Positions 7,979 through 17,382 of a stretch of DNA of 64,000 bases are shown piece after piece; within the stretch, counting starts at the first letter, position 1; every line of letters starts with the position of its first letter. Under the pieces are notes generated by a model. That model did no database searches. It worked only from the letters and a program-made list of their open reading frames with translations, and was not told the origin of the DNA. The translations under genes were made by a program, and so were the position numbers. Location: positions 35,764-99,763 of the forward strand of contig CAZPWW010000009.1 of assembly GCA_964590885.1 (NCBI GenBank). The letters are read 5' to 3'. The stretch is from an uncultured Phycisphaeraceae bacterium (GTDB taxonomy: Bacteria > Planctomycetota > Phycisphaerae > Phycisphaerales > UBA1924).

Positions 7979-8066
7979 CACGATCATCCGCGGCTGCCGC
8001 GGATGATCGTGTCTGGGTTCACGGCCACACCCACGATCATCGCCCCCGAGCCGGCGATGATCGTGG
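7979..8066. repeat. two related perfect palindromes sharing the core CACGATCATC (REP-like, between convergent genes)
   Basis: The first is CACGATCATCCGCGG-ctg-CCGCGGATGATCGTG (7979-8011). The second is CCACGATCATCGCC-n8-GGCGATGATCGTGG (8031-8066). Confidence 0.85.
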
Positions 8067-8072
8067 CACTCG

Positions 8073-9767
8073 TCACCCCAGCACGCGCTGCAACTCCGAC
8101 TCGGTCGTGAGCCCGCGCGACGACTTGTCGCGTCCGTCGTCCAGCAGGGTCTTCATGCCCGCGGCCCGGGCCGCGTCGGCGAGCGCGACCGCATCGGCCC
8201 GCTGCACGGTGAGGCGGCGGAGGGTGTCGTTCATCACCATGATCTCAAACAAGCCCACGCGCCCGTAGTAGCCGGTGCCGATGCAGCGCTCGCAGTGCCC
8301 CCCCGCCGGGCCCAGGGCCGTGCCCTTGCACTGCGGGCAGGTGCGCCGCACGAGACGCTGAGCGATCACCGCCAGGAGCGTGCTCGTGACCAGATACGGC
8401 TCGATGCCGATGTCGAGCACGCGCGCGATTGCGCCCGGCGCGTCGTTGGTGTGCAGCGTGGCGAGCACAAGGTGGCCGGTGAGCGAGGCCTGCACGGCCA
8501 GTTGGGCCGTCTCCTGGTCGCGGATCTCGCCGACGAGGATCACGTCCGGGTCCTGGCGGAGCAGGGCCCGCAGGCCGGCCGCGAAGGTGACGCCGCGCTT
8601 GGTGTTCACCTGCGTCTGGCTGATGCCGTCGAGGTGGTACTCGACGGGGTCTTCGATGGTCATGACGTTGCGGCTGGTGCGGTCGATGCCGCCGAGCGCG
8701 CCGTAGAGTGTGGTGGTTTTGCCGCTGCCGGTGGGGCCGGTGACGAGGATGATGCCGGTGGGGCGCGAGATCAACTCCATGAGTTGGCCGCGCTGCACGG
8801 GCGTCATGCCCACCTCTTCCAGCCCCAGTTTGTTCTGGCTCTGATCCAGCAGGCGCAGCACGATGCGCTCGCCGTAGACGTTGGGGATGACGCTGAGGCG
8901 GATGTCGATCTTGCGGCTGCCGATGCGCACGGTGGCGTGGCCGTCCTGCGGGGTGTGGCGGTTGGCGATGTCGAGTTCGGTCATCACCTTGAGGCGCGAA
9001 CTGATGGCGGGAGCGAGGGCCAGGGGCGGCGAGAACGAATCGACGAGCATGCCGTCGATGCGGAAGCGGATGACCAGCTTGGTCTCCATGGGGTGGACGT
9101 GGATGTCGCTGGCCCGCCGCCGCAGGGCCTCAAACAGGATCATGTTGACGAGGCGGATGACGGGTGTCTGGCGGGCCAGTTGCAGGAGGTCGGTGGCGGC
9201 CTTCACGCTGCCCGCGGCGGTCTGGATGGCCCGCTCATCCAGCGGCATCTCCTCGACGATCTCGGTGACCAGGTCCTGCCGCTGCTCGTAGCCGCGGTTG
9301 AGCAGGTTGGTGACGGCGGCGCGGGGCGAGAGCACCAGCCGCACGGGCGCGTCGAGGCGGTCCTCGAGCAGCGAGAACGCGGCGGGCTGGAGCGGCTGGC
9401 TGGTGGCGACAGTGAACGAGAGGCCGTCGGCGGCGATGGCCGCGGCCTGAAACTCACGGGCCATGGATCCGGGCACCAACTCGTAGTAACGGGCCGCGCC
9501 CTCCGAAAGTTTGGGCTCGGTCACCAGCGGCAAGCCCGTGCGCTGGGCCAGCCGCTCGAGCGCGGCGTGCTCGTCGATGGCGAGCATGGAGACGAGCACG
9601 TCCCAACTCTCGGTGTCGGAGCCGGGCAGATCGGGGAAGGCCCGCACCTGCTCGGCCGTCAGGCCCAGAGGCCCCGACAGCGCGGCGACGCGGGCGTGCT
9701 CACGCGGCGGTGCCACCGCCACGGGCGCGGCGGGTCGCTTGAAGCGTGCCAGCGGGGCCTCAGCCAC
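8073..9767 (-). CDS. gspE: type II secretion / type IV pilus assembly ATPase (GspE/PilB family)
   Basis: Walker A GPTGSGKTTT, MTIEDPVEY, RQDPDVILVGEIRD and TGHLVLATLHTNDA. Start chosen at GTG 9767 (GTGGCTGA, overlapping the secretin stop). The ORF is open to ATG 9854. Confidence 0.85.
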   Translation of the reverse strand: MAEAPLARFKRPAAPVAVAPPREHARVAALSGPLGLTAEQVRAFPDLPGSDTESWDVLVSMLAIDEHAALERLAQRTGLPLVTEPKLSEGAARYYELVPGSMAREFQAAAIAADGLSFTVATSQPLQPAAFSLLEDRLDAPVRLVLSPRAAVTNLLNRGYEQRQDLVTEIVEEMPLDERAIQTAAGSVKAATDLLQLARQTPVIRLVNMILFEALRRRASDIHVHPMETKLVIRFRIDGMLVDSFSPPLALAPAISSRLKVMTELDIANRHTPQDGHATVRIGSRKIDIRLSVIPNVYGERIVLRLLDQSQNKLGLEEVGMTPVQRGQLMELISRPTGIILVTGPTGSGKTTTLYGALGGIDRTSRNVMTIEDPVEYHLDGISQTQVNTKRGVTFAAGLRALLRQDPDVILVGEIRDQETAQLAVQASLTGHLVLATLHTNDAPGAIARVLDIGIEPYLVTSTLLAVIAQRLVRRTCPQCKGTALGPAGGHCERCIGTGYYGRVGLFEIMVMNDTLRRLTVQRADAVALADAARAAGMKTLLDDGRDKSSRGLTTESELQRVLG

Positions 9768-12588
9768 GGGGCGTGCCCTCCGAGAGCCCGGCAGACGACG
9801 CGGGAGGGGCGGGGGGGGCGGGGGGGGCGGGCACGCGGGGCCGCTCGAGCACATCGATGCGGATGGGCTTGAGGGGCGGCAGATCGGGCTGCTCGGCGGG
9901 CGTGAGGATCGCCTGCGGGCCGCGCGTGAGCAGGCGCAGGTCGTTGAACGTGGGGTCGCGCATCACGCGGGGGGTGAGGAAGATGTAGAGCGTGCGGTCG
10001 GTGGTGCTGGTGCTGGTGTCGCTGAAGAGCGGGCCGATGATGGGCAGATCGCCAAGAAGCGGGATCTTGATGACGGTCTTGCCCGTCTGCGTGCTGGTGA
10101 GGCCGCCGACCACGATGGTGGAATCGCTGGGGATGGTGACGGACTTGGAATCCACCTTGTTGGTGAGGCGCGGCGGCGGGATCACGGTGCCGTTGGCGCT
10201 GGTGGTGCCGGTGCCCTGAAAACTCGAGAGTTCGATCGTGTACTCGAGTTTCATGTAGTTGCCCTCGGAGATCTGCGGGCGAACGGTGAGCTTGGTGCCC
10301 GCCTCCTCGAAACCGCCGAAGCCGGTGAGCGTGGTGCTGGAGGAGCCCGACTGGCTCTGGGTGGTGGTGGGCTGCTCGTCCTTCACCTCCACGTTGGCCT
10401 CCTCGTTGTCGTCAACCAGGAGTTGCGGCCGGGCCAGGATGCGGGTCTTGCTCTCGCTGGCGAGCGCGTTGATGATGACGGGCACGTACTCGCTCTTGAT
10501 GATCGCGCCGGTGAAGCCCGCCAGCCCGGTGGCGACGTTCTTGCGGGTGGTGAAGGCGCCGTTGGTGGCGTTGGTGCCCGTGCCGCTGGTGAAGGAGCCC
10601 AGGCCGAACGCGGTGTTGAGCACGCCGCCGGACCCCTGCGCGTTGATCAACTGCGTCTCGAAGGCGAGGCGGAAGCCGTCGTTGCCGGAGATGGCGACGA
10701 TCAGGGCCTCGATGTACACCTGCGGGCGGCGCAGGTCGAGTTTCTCGATGAGCCGGGCGAACTGCGGCTGCAGGCGGCGCGGAGCCTTCACGAACACCTG
10801 GTTGTTCTGCGGATCGGACCCGACGTGGATGTCCTCGCCCGCGTTGATGGCCCCCAACTCGCCCGCGCGGGCACCCGCGTCGGGTCCCGCGGCCGTGAAC
10901 TGCACCGCCCCCGCGGCCGACTCTCCCCGGCGCGGCAGGCGCAGGGCGTTGTTGGTGTTCGTGCCCGCGGGCGCACCGGGCAAGAGCGGCCCGGCCGACT
11001 GCGGCCGCGTCTGGTTGGTGATGAGTTCCTGGATGATGGCCGCGATGTCGTCGGCCTTGCCGTGCCGCAGTTTGTAGAACTCGTACACCACGGTCTCGGC
11101 GGCGGTGATCTCCTTGAACTCATCCGCCAGCCGCTGCACCTCGACCTGCTGCTGCTCGGTGCCGTAGTAGATGAAGCCGCGCCCCTCGGGGTCGATCAGG
11201 AAGATCGACCCGCCCTCGGTGGTCTGGGAGCCTTGCCCGAAGGGGTTCACCTGCCCCTGCTGCAGGCCCGGCTGGTTGCCGGTGTTCAGGCCGTTGAAGG
11301 CGATGTTGCCCGCGCCGGCGCTCGCGTCGCGGGCACTGGGCAGTGTCACGATCTGGCCGAGACCCTGCCGCTGGCCGTGCTGGGCGAGTTGGATCGCCGC
11401 CGAGCCGATCGGATACCACTTGGGCCTCAGCCGGTTGGGCTTGTCCACCACCGCCAGCAGCCGCGTGATGAACTCCTGCTCGTCGGGCCGGCCGCGGAAG
11501 ATGAGCGCGTTGCTGGACGGATCGGGGATGAGCCGGTCGGCGAGGTTGGAAAGGTTGGTGCTGCCGCCGATCCCCGCCGCCGCCTGCTGGGCCTGGATCG
11601 CGGCCTGGGCCGGGTCCAGCGGGTTGCTGCTGCGACCGCCGCGCCCCAACAACTCGAGCAGCCGCTGGCGTGCCACGGGCGCCGCGATGTACGTGAGTTC
11701 GAAGAACGCGATGTCCTGCTTGCTCTGCTCGGCCGCGAGGCGGGCCACCAGTTGCTTGACCAACTCGATGCGGCGGGGCGTGTCGGTCATCAAGACCACG
11801 CCCAGGTCGTCGAGGTACGCGATCGAGCCCCCCCCAGCACCGCCCTGACCCAGACCGCCCGCGCCGCCCTTGGTCACCACGCTGATGGCCGTCGCCAGCG
11901 ACGACGGCTTCAGTCCGCTGGTGGGGATGAGTTGCGTGGCGGAGAACGCGTCATCGCCGATGCCGCCGAAGGCCTCTTGCGGGCCCTTGACGATGTAGAC
12001 ACCGGCCACGTCGGTGGTCATCGCCGCGCCGTTCTGTTCCATGAGCATGGTGAGGAACTGGAGCAGGTCGTCTTTGGGGATGCTCACGGGCACCGACAGG
12101 TAGATTTTCTTGCTCATCACGCCGATGGCCTGGTCGGTGGTGATGACCTGAATCTTGAGTTGCTCGATCACCAGATCCACCAGCAGCCGCATCTCGATGC
12201 CGTCAGCGAAGGGGCCGAAGTGGAAGAAGTTGTCGTCGGCCGAAACCGCCGGGGCCGCGTTCTTGCCGTTGGCGGGGACCGCGGGCGCGATCGGCTTCGC
12301 CTCCGGCGCGGCAGCGGGGGCAGCGGGCCCGCCCTGTTGCACCGGCACCGCCACGGGTACGGCCGGGGGTGGTGCCGGCGCTTCAGGCGGCTGTGCCGGT
12401 GGCGCGTCCGGCTGGGGCTGCGGGCTGGGTGGCGCATCCGCGGGCGGCTCGGCCAGCAGGGCCAGCGCGGCGGGCGCCCCGCCCAGAGCCCACGCGAGGC
12501 CCGCGGCACAAGCCAGGCGGGCCGCGCCGCCTCGAGCCCGAGTGCGAACAACAAGGGAAAGAGAGAGGGGGCGGCCGAGTGTTGCCAT
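9760..12588 (-). CDS. gspD: secretin (GspD/PilQ family) with Pro/Ala-rich N-terminal linker
   Basis: C-terminal secretin motifs ILARPQLLVDDNEEA and IPLLGDLPIIGPLF. Signal-like N-terminus MATLGRPLSLSLVV...ALALLA from the ATG at 12588. Confidence 0.85.
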   Translation of the reverse strand: MATLGRPLSLSLVVRTRARGGAARLACAAGLAWALGGAPAALALLAEPPADAPPSPQPQPDAPPAQPPEAPAPPPAVPVAVPVQQGGPAAPAAAPEAKPIAPAVPANGKNAAPAVSADDNFFHFGPFADGIEMRLLVDLVIEQLKIQVITTDQAIGVMSKKIYLSVPVSIPKDDLLQFLTMLMEQNGAAMTTDVAGVYIVKGPQEAFGGIGDDAFSATQLIPTSGLKPSSLATAISVVTKGGAGGLGQGGAGGGSIAYLDDLGVVLMTDTPRRIELVKQLVARLAAEQSKQDIAFFELTYIAAPVARQRLLELLGRGGRSSNPLDPAQAAIQAQQAAAGIGGSTNLSNLADRLIPDPSSNALIFRGRPDEQEFITRLLAVVDKPNRLRPKWYPIGSAAIQLAQHGQRQGLGQIVTLPSARDASAGAGNIAFNGLNTGNQPGLQQGQVNPFGQGSQTTEGGSIFLIDPEGRGFIYYGTEQQQVEVQRLADEFKEITAAETVVYEFYKLRHGKADDIAAIIQELITNQTRPQSAGPLLPGAPAGTNTNNALRLPRRGESAAGAVQFTAAGPDAGARAGELGAINAGEDIHVGSDPQNNQVFVKAPRRLQPQFARLIEKLDLRRPQVYIEALIVAISGNDGFRLAFETQLINAQGSGGVLNTAFGLGSFTSGTGTNATNGAFTTRKNVATGLAGFTGAIIKSEYVPVIINALASESKTRILARPQLLVDDNEEANVEVKDEQPTTTQSQSGSSSTTLTGFGGFEEAGTKLTVRPQISEGNYMKLEYTIELSSFQGTGTTSANGTVIPPPRLTNKVDSKSVTIPSDSTIVVGGLTSTQTGKTVIKIPLLGDLPIIGPLFSDTSTSTTDRTLYIFLTPRVMRDPTFNDLRLLTRGPQAILTPAEQPDLPPLKPIRIDVLERPRVPAPPAPPAPPASSAGLSEGTPRG

Positions 12589-12671
12589 GAGTCGGACTCC
12601 GTTCCGCGGGTGCCAACGGTATACCGTCGGGCCCGTTCGCCCGTCGCATTCCACCCACCCAGCCCCCGTGC

Positions 12672-13679
12672 ATGGCCGCCGCGCCGCCCCGAGTCGTGAG
12701 CCTTCTTCCTTCGGCCACCGAGGCCGTTTGCGCAATCGGCTGCGGGCATCTGCTGGTGGGACGCAGCCACGAGTGCGACCACCCTGCCCAGATCACACAC
12801 CTGCCCGCCCTGACCGCCGCGCGCACGCGCTTCGACACCTCGGCCCAGGTTGACCGGGACGTGCGGACCGCCCTGCGCGACCCGGCTGGACAGCGGACAC
12901 CCTCCGGCGCGGCATCGCTCTACACGCTGGATGAGGCGTTGCTGGCCGCGCTGAAGCCGGACGTGATCCTCACCCAGAGCCTGTGTGAGGTCTGCTCGAT
13001 CGACACGACCACGGTGCGGCGCATGGCCGGCAGCCTGAACCCCGCGCCCGTGGTGGTGGATCTGAACCCCACCACGCTGGAGGCGGTGCTCGACGACCTG
13101 CTCACCATCGGCGCGGCGGTCGGGGCCGCTGAGTCGGCCGCCCGCGCCGTGGTCTGGCTGCGCGAGCGTCTGTACGCCGCGTGCGACTACGTGAACGCCT
13201 TCGACGACGGACCGAACGTGGCCTTCCTCGAATGGACCGACCCGCTCTTCGCGGGCGGTCACTGGGTGCCGCAGATGATCGAGCGGGCCGGCGGGCGCTG
13301 CCCGCTCAACCCCACGCGCCCGCTGCGTACAGCCGGTGCCGCGGCGGGGCCGATCGGCACCACCCTGCGTGTGGCCGGGAAGAGCATCACGGTGCCGCGC
13401 GAGGTGCTGGTGGCGAGCCGACCCGACGCGGTGATCATCGCCCCTTGCGGGCTCACGCTCGAGCAGGCGCAGCGCGAGGCACGGGCGCTGTGTGCACAGG
13501 GGTGGTGGCGGGACCTGCCCGCGGCGCGCAGCGGGCGGGTGGCGATCGTGGACGGGAACAGGTATTTCAGCAGGCCGGGGCCGCGGCTGGTGGAGGCCTT
13601 CGAGTGGCTGGTGGGGTGGCTGAATCAGCGGCCCGAGGTGATACCGCCCGGGTTCGTCTGGAGCGGGCCCGCGGGCTGA
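12672..13679 (+). CDS. BtuF-like (cobalamin/siderophore type) periplasmic-binding-fold protein
   Basis: RVVSLLPSATEAVCAIG...LVGRSHECDHP and KPDVILTQSLCEVC are typical of the PF01497-type cobalamin-binding family. Confidence 0.6.
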   Translation: MAAAPPRVVSLLPSATEAVCAIGCGHLLVGRSHECDHPAQITHLPALTAARTRFDTSAQVDRDVRTALRDPAGQRTPSGAASLYTLDEALLAALKPDVILTQSLCEVCSIDTTTVRRMAGSLNPAPVVVDLNPTTLEAVLDDLLTIGAAVGAAESAARAVVWLRERLYAACDYVNAFDDGPNVAFLEWTDPLFAGGHWVPQMIERAGGRCPLNPTRPLRTAGAAAGPIGTTLRVAGKSITVPREVLVASRPDAVIIAPCGLTLEQAQREARALCAQGWWRDLPAARSGRVAIVDGNRYFSRPGPRLVEAFEWLVGWLNQRPEVIPPGFVWSGPAG

Positions 13680-13736
13680 ACGGACGTTGGGCACGCCGCG
13701 CCGGCCGCCAACAATCTCCCCGCGGTTGCGGGTCGC

Positions 13737-15317
13737 TTGAGGAGCACGCCGTTGGCAATCCGATTCGTTTGCGTCGTGGTCGCGGGGATCGCCTGCGGGG
13801 TGTCCGTCCTGAGTGCGCCGCTGCGTGCTCAGGTACCCGCGTCGACCATACCCGCCGCGACGGCTGGGCCCGCCCCCGTCACGGCCGGCACTCCGCTCGC
13901 GGCGGGCGACCTGCGCGCAGACCTCTCGCTCGTCCGTGAGGCCTTCACGCTCCTGCATCCCGGCCTGCACCGCTTCCGCACACCCGGGGAGATCGATGCC
14001 GCGTTTGCCGCTGCGGACGCCGAGTTCAACCGCGACCGCACCCTGGCCGAGGCGTTCCTCGTCTTCTCACGGCTGGCGGCGGAGTTCCGTTGCGGGCACG
14101 CCTTCTGCAACCCGGCCAACCAGAGCAAGGCCGTGCGCGCGGCCCTGATTGAACCGGGCCCGCGCGTTCCCTTTCTCTTCCGCTGGGTGGGCCCGCGCAT
14201 GATCGTGGTGGAGGCTCTGGCCCCGCGCGACGGGACGCCGCCCGCGCTCGCTCCGGGTGATGAGGTCGTATCCATCAACGACATGACGGCACCGGACCTG
14301 CTGGCTGCCATGCTGCCGCTGGCGCGGGCCGATGGTTCCAACGACGGCAAGCGGCTGGCCTCCTTGTCGGTGGAGGGGGGATATTCCCTGGCGGCCTTTG
14401 ATGTCCTGCTGCCGCTCGTGCATGCCGGCGTGCGCGATGCGGGCGAGTTCACCCTGCGGGTGCGCGGGCTTGAGGGCACCGAGCGCACCGTTGTTGCGGG
14501 CGCGCAAACCCACGCCGATCGCGTGGCCCTGGCCCGCACCCGGGCGGGCGACACGCGGGGCTCTACGCCCCTGTGGACGCTCACGCGTCCACGCGCGGAC
14601 GCGGCCCTGCTCACCATGCCAACGTGGGCCATGTACAACAGCACCTGGAACTGGGCCGCGTATCTGCACGGCGTGTTCGACGACCTGGTGCGCGAGGGCG
14701 TGCCCAATCTGATCATCGACCTGCGGGCAAACGAGGGCGGCAACGACGTAGGGCACGAAGTGCTGGCCCGGCTCAGCGGCACGCCCGTGGTTCTGCCCCC
14801 GCGCCAGTCGATCATCGCCGCGCCAAAGGTGCCCGATCACCTCAACCCCCACCTCGACACGTGGGACAACTCGTTCCGCGACCGCAGCGCGGTGAGCCGC
14901 CCTCTGGGCAACGGCCTGCACGAGATCGTGCCGACCGGCGGGCCGGCAGCGGGGACCATCGCTCCCCGGGCCCCGCGCTACGCGGGCCGCGTGTTCGTGC
15001 TCATCGGCCCCCAGTGCAGTTCCGCCACGTTCCAGTTCGCGCACCTGGTGAAGCGCAGCGGGCTGGCGACGCTGGTTGGTCAGACCACGGGGGGCAACCA
15101 GCGCGGCATCACGGGCGGCAACTTCTTCTTTCTTCGCCTGCCCAGGTCCGGCATCGAACTCGATCTGCCGCTCAAGACCACCCCGCTCGATCCGGCTCTG
15201 CCCGACGCGGGCGTGGAGCCCGACGTGCGTGTTGACACCACGCGCGAACATATCGCGGCCGTGCGCGACCCCGAACTCGAGGCCGTCTACGGGCTGATCG
15301 ATGCGGCCCGGCCCTGA
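13737..15317 (+). CDS. S41 family peptidase-like protein, secreted
   Basis: TTG start with a signal-like N-terminus. VFVLIGPQCSSATFQFAHLVK...LVGQTTGG resembles the S41 catalytic-Ser region. Confidence 0.6.
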   Translation: MRSTPLAIRFVCVVVAGIACGVSVLSAPLRAQVPASTIPAATAGPAPVTAGTPLAAGDLRADLSLVREAFTLLHPGLHRFRTPGEIDAAFAAADAEFNRDRTLAEAFLVFSRLAAEFRCGHAFCNPANQSKAVRAALIEPGPRVPFLFRWVGPRMIVVEALAPRDGTPPALAPGDEVVSINDMTAPDLLAAMLPLARADGSNDGKRLASLSVEGGYSLAAFDVLLPLVHAGVRDAGEFTLRVRGLEGTERTVVAGAQTHADRVALARTRAGDTRGSTPLWTLTRPRADAALLTMPTWAMYNSTWNWAAYLHGVFDDLVREGVPNLIIDLRANEGGNDVGHEVLARLSGTPVVLPPRQSIIAAPKVPDHLNPHLDTWDNSFRDRSAVSRPLGNGLHEIVPTGGPAAGTIAPRAPRYAGRVFVLIGPQCSSATFQFAHLVKRSGLATLVGQTTGGNQRGITGGNFFFLRLPRSGIELDLPLKTTPLDPALPDAGVEPDVRVDTTREHIAAVRDPELEAVYGLIDAARP

Positions 15318-15326
15318 GGCCGACGG

Positions 15327-17360
15327 CTACGGCCGCTCCTCGCGCAGCGATGCCGCGATCGACACTTCGTGCAGGCGCACGCTGGCCTCATCAAGGGCGT
15401 GCTTGGCGGCGTGAAACACATCCGCGTCCACCGTGCGCCAGTCGGCCTCGGCCCGCGTGATGGTGTCGCGGAGTGCGGCCATGGCACTTTCCAGGCGCGC
15501 ACGCTCCGCCGCGTTCAACCCCTCCCGGGCTGGCATGGAGCGGGTGCCGGGAGAGGGCGAGCAGGGAAGCCCGCCCCCCGGGGCCAAGCCGTAATCCACA
15601 CGCTGCAACTGTCGCGTGATCCAGTGCAGGTCGAGTTTGCTGTTGGCGATCAGGTCGGCGATGCGGTGGCGGGTCATGTCTTCGCGAGCGTGGGCAAAGC
15701 TCTCGCGCTCCAGCCGCTCGACTTCCGCCGCACTCAGGCCGTGGTGCGGCACGATCTGAATCGCGGCCCGCTTACCGGAGCGCTCTTCCACCGCTGACAC
15801 GGCGAGCACGCCGTTGGCATCGACCGCGAACTCGACCACCACCTTGGGGATGCCCGCCGGCATGGGCGGCAGCCCGGCCAGCGTGAACTCGCCCAAACTG
15901 CGGCAGTCCGCCGCCATCTCGCGCTCACCCTGGAGGACGTGGAGTTTGATGCCGGTCTGGTTGTCGACACTGGTCGAGAATCGCTCGGTGGCCCGGGCGG
16001 GGATCGCGCTGTTGCGCACGATGAGTTTGGCCACGGCCCCGCCCACCGTCTCCACGCCCAGGCTGAGCGGGATCACGTCGAGCAGCAGGGCGTCGCGCGT
16101 GGCGCCGGCGAGGATCGCCCCTTGCACCGCCGCGCCCAGCGCGACGACCTTGTCCGGGTCGAGCGCGGTGTAGGGCACGAGGCTGAAGAACTCACCCACG
16201 CGTCGGCGCACCAGCGGGATGCGTGTGCTCCCCCCCACCATCACCACGGCGTCGATCGGCGCTCCGCCCAACTCTCGCCGGGCATCGTGCAGGGCCTTGC
16301 GGCACGCCGTCAGCGTGCGCTCCACCAGCGGCGCTGCCAGGGCCTCGAACTCGGCCCGCGAGATCGCGCGCTCGTACACCCGCGCCGCACCGTCCGGCGC
16401 GGCACCCACGTCGATCCGCACACGGGCCTCTTCGTGCGTGCTCAGGCGGATCTTCGCCTCCTCCGCAAAGCGGGCCAGGGCCAGGCGTGCCTCCGGAGCA
16501 AGGTCGCCCGAGAGCGCGAACCGCTGCCGCATCTCGCGCAGGAACAGATCGTGCAACAGGCGGTCGATGTCGTCGCCACCCAGGTGCGTGTCGCCCGCTG
16601 TGCTCAGCACCTGAAAGAACTCGGCCCCGCCCGCATCGACTGGCCCGCCGGACGTCGCGGGCGCGTCGCCCGGTGTCAGGCGCAGCACCGACACATCAAA
16701 CGTGCCACCGCCGAAGTCGTAGACCGCGATGTGTCGGGTCCGCCCGCCGCCCGCGCCGGCGCCGGCCCGCAGGCCCAGCCCGTAGGCCAGGGCGGCCGCG
16801 GTCGGCTCGTTCACGATCCGCACGGCCTCAAGCCCGGCCAGGCGGGCCGCGTTGCGCGTGGCCTGCCGCTGAGCATCGTCAAAGTACGCGGGCACCGTGA
16901 TGACGGCCCTGCGCACGTGCACACCCAGCGCCCACGCCGCCTGCTCGGCCAGCCGCCGCAGCACGTGGGCCGCGACTTCCTGCGGCGAGACCAGGCGCGG
17001 TGCGGCACCATCGGCACCCGGCAGGCGCACGCGGGCCGTGCGCCCCTCTCCCTCGACCACCTCGTAGGGCAGGTAGGCCACGTCGGCGGCCGCGTCGGCG
17101 AGCGCTCGGCCCATCAGCCGCTTGGCCGAGTGCACCGTGGTGCGCGGGTGCGCCAGGGCGGTCTCCTTCGCGTCGTAGCCCACGGCCACAGCGTTGCCGC
17201 GTTGGTCAAACCGCACCACGCTGGGGCATAGGGGCCTGCCCTGCTCATCGGGAATCACGCGCGGCGCGGCGTGCGCCGCGGCCGCGCCCGGCGGCCAATG
17301 AGCCACCGCCACCAGGCTGTAGGTGGTGCCCAGGTCGATACCCACGATCGGCTCGGCCAT
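15327..17360 (-). CDS. Hsp70 family chaperone (HscA/DnaK-like)
   Basis: N-terminus MAEPIVGIDLGTTYS. Also VITVPAYFDDAQRQAT, IVNEPTAAALAYG, DFGGGTFDVS and VMVGGSTRIP. The 1422-aa track ORF is a run-on upstream of this ATG. Confidence 0.9.
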   Translation of the reverse strand: MAEPIVGIDLGTTYSLVAVAHWPPGAAAAHAAPRVIPDEQGRPLCPSVVRFDQRGNAVAVGYDAKETALAHPRTTVHSAKRLMGRALADAAADVAYLPYEVVEGEGRTARVRLPGADGAAPRLVSPQEVAAHVLRRLAEQAAWALGVHVRRAVITVPAYFDDAQRQATRNAARLAGLEAVRIVNEPTAAALAYGLGLRAGAGAGGGRTRHIAVYDFGGGTFDVSVLRLTPGDAPATSGGPVDAGGAEFFQVLSTAGDTHLGGDDIDRLLHDLFLREMRQRFALSGDLAPEARLALARFAEEAKIRLSTHEEARVRIDVGAAPDGAARVYERAISRAEFEALAAPLVERTLTACRKALHDARRELGGAPIDAVVMVGGSTRIPLVRRRVGEFFSLVPYTALDPDKVVALGAAVQGAILAGATRDALLLDVIPLSLGVETVGGAVAKLIVRNSAIPARATERFSTSVDNQTGIKLHVLQGEREMAADCRSLGEFTLAGLPPMPAGIPKVVVEFAVDANGVLAVSAVEERSGKRAAIQIVPHHGLSAAEVERLERESFAHAREDMTRHRIADLIANSKLDLHWITRQLQRVDYGLAPGGGLPCSPSPGTRSMPAREGLNAAERARLESAMAALRDTITRAEADWRTVDADVFHAAKHALDEASVRLHEVSIAASLREERP

Positions 17361-17382
17361 CGCGGGCAGGGTAGGGTTACGC

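Noticed and set aside
5750-7987. 745-aa minus-strand ORF
   Set aside because: It is antisense to the LOG-family and EamA genes, both of which have clear family motifs. Its translation is Arg/Pro/His-rich low complexity.
9511-12699. 1062-aa plus-strand ORF
   Set aside because: It is antisense to the secretin gene, which has canonical C-terminal secretin motifs. Its composition is Gly/Arg/Ala-rich.
12672-13679. B12 theme (BtuF-like protein plus B12-dependent NrdJ) as a linked system
   Set aside because: The two genes are 15 kb apart with unrelated genes between them. I recognised no cobalamin riboswitch, so this is likely coincidental.
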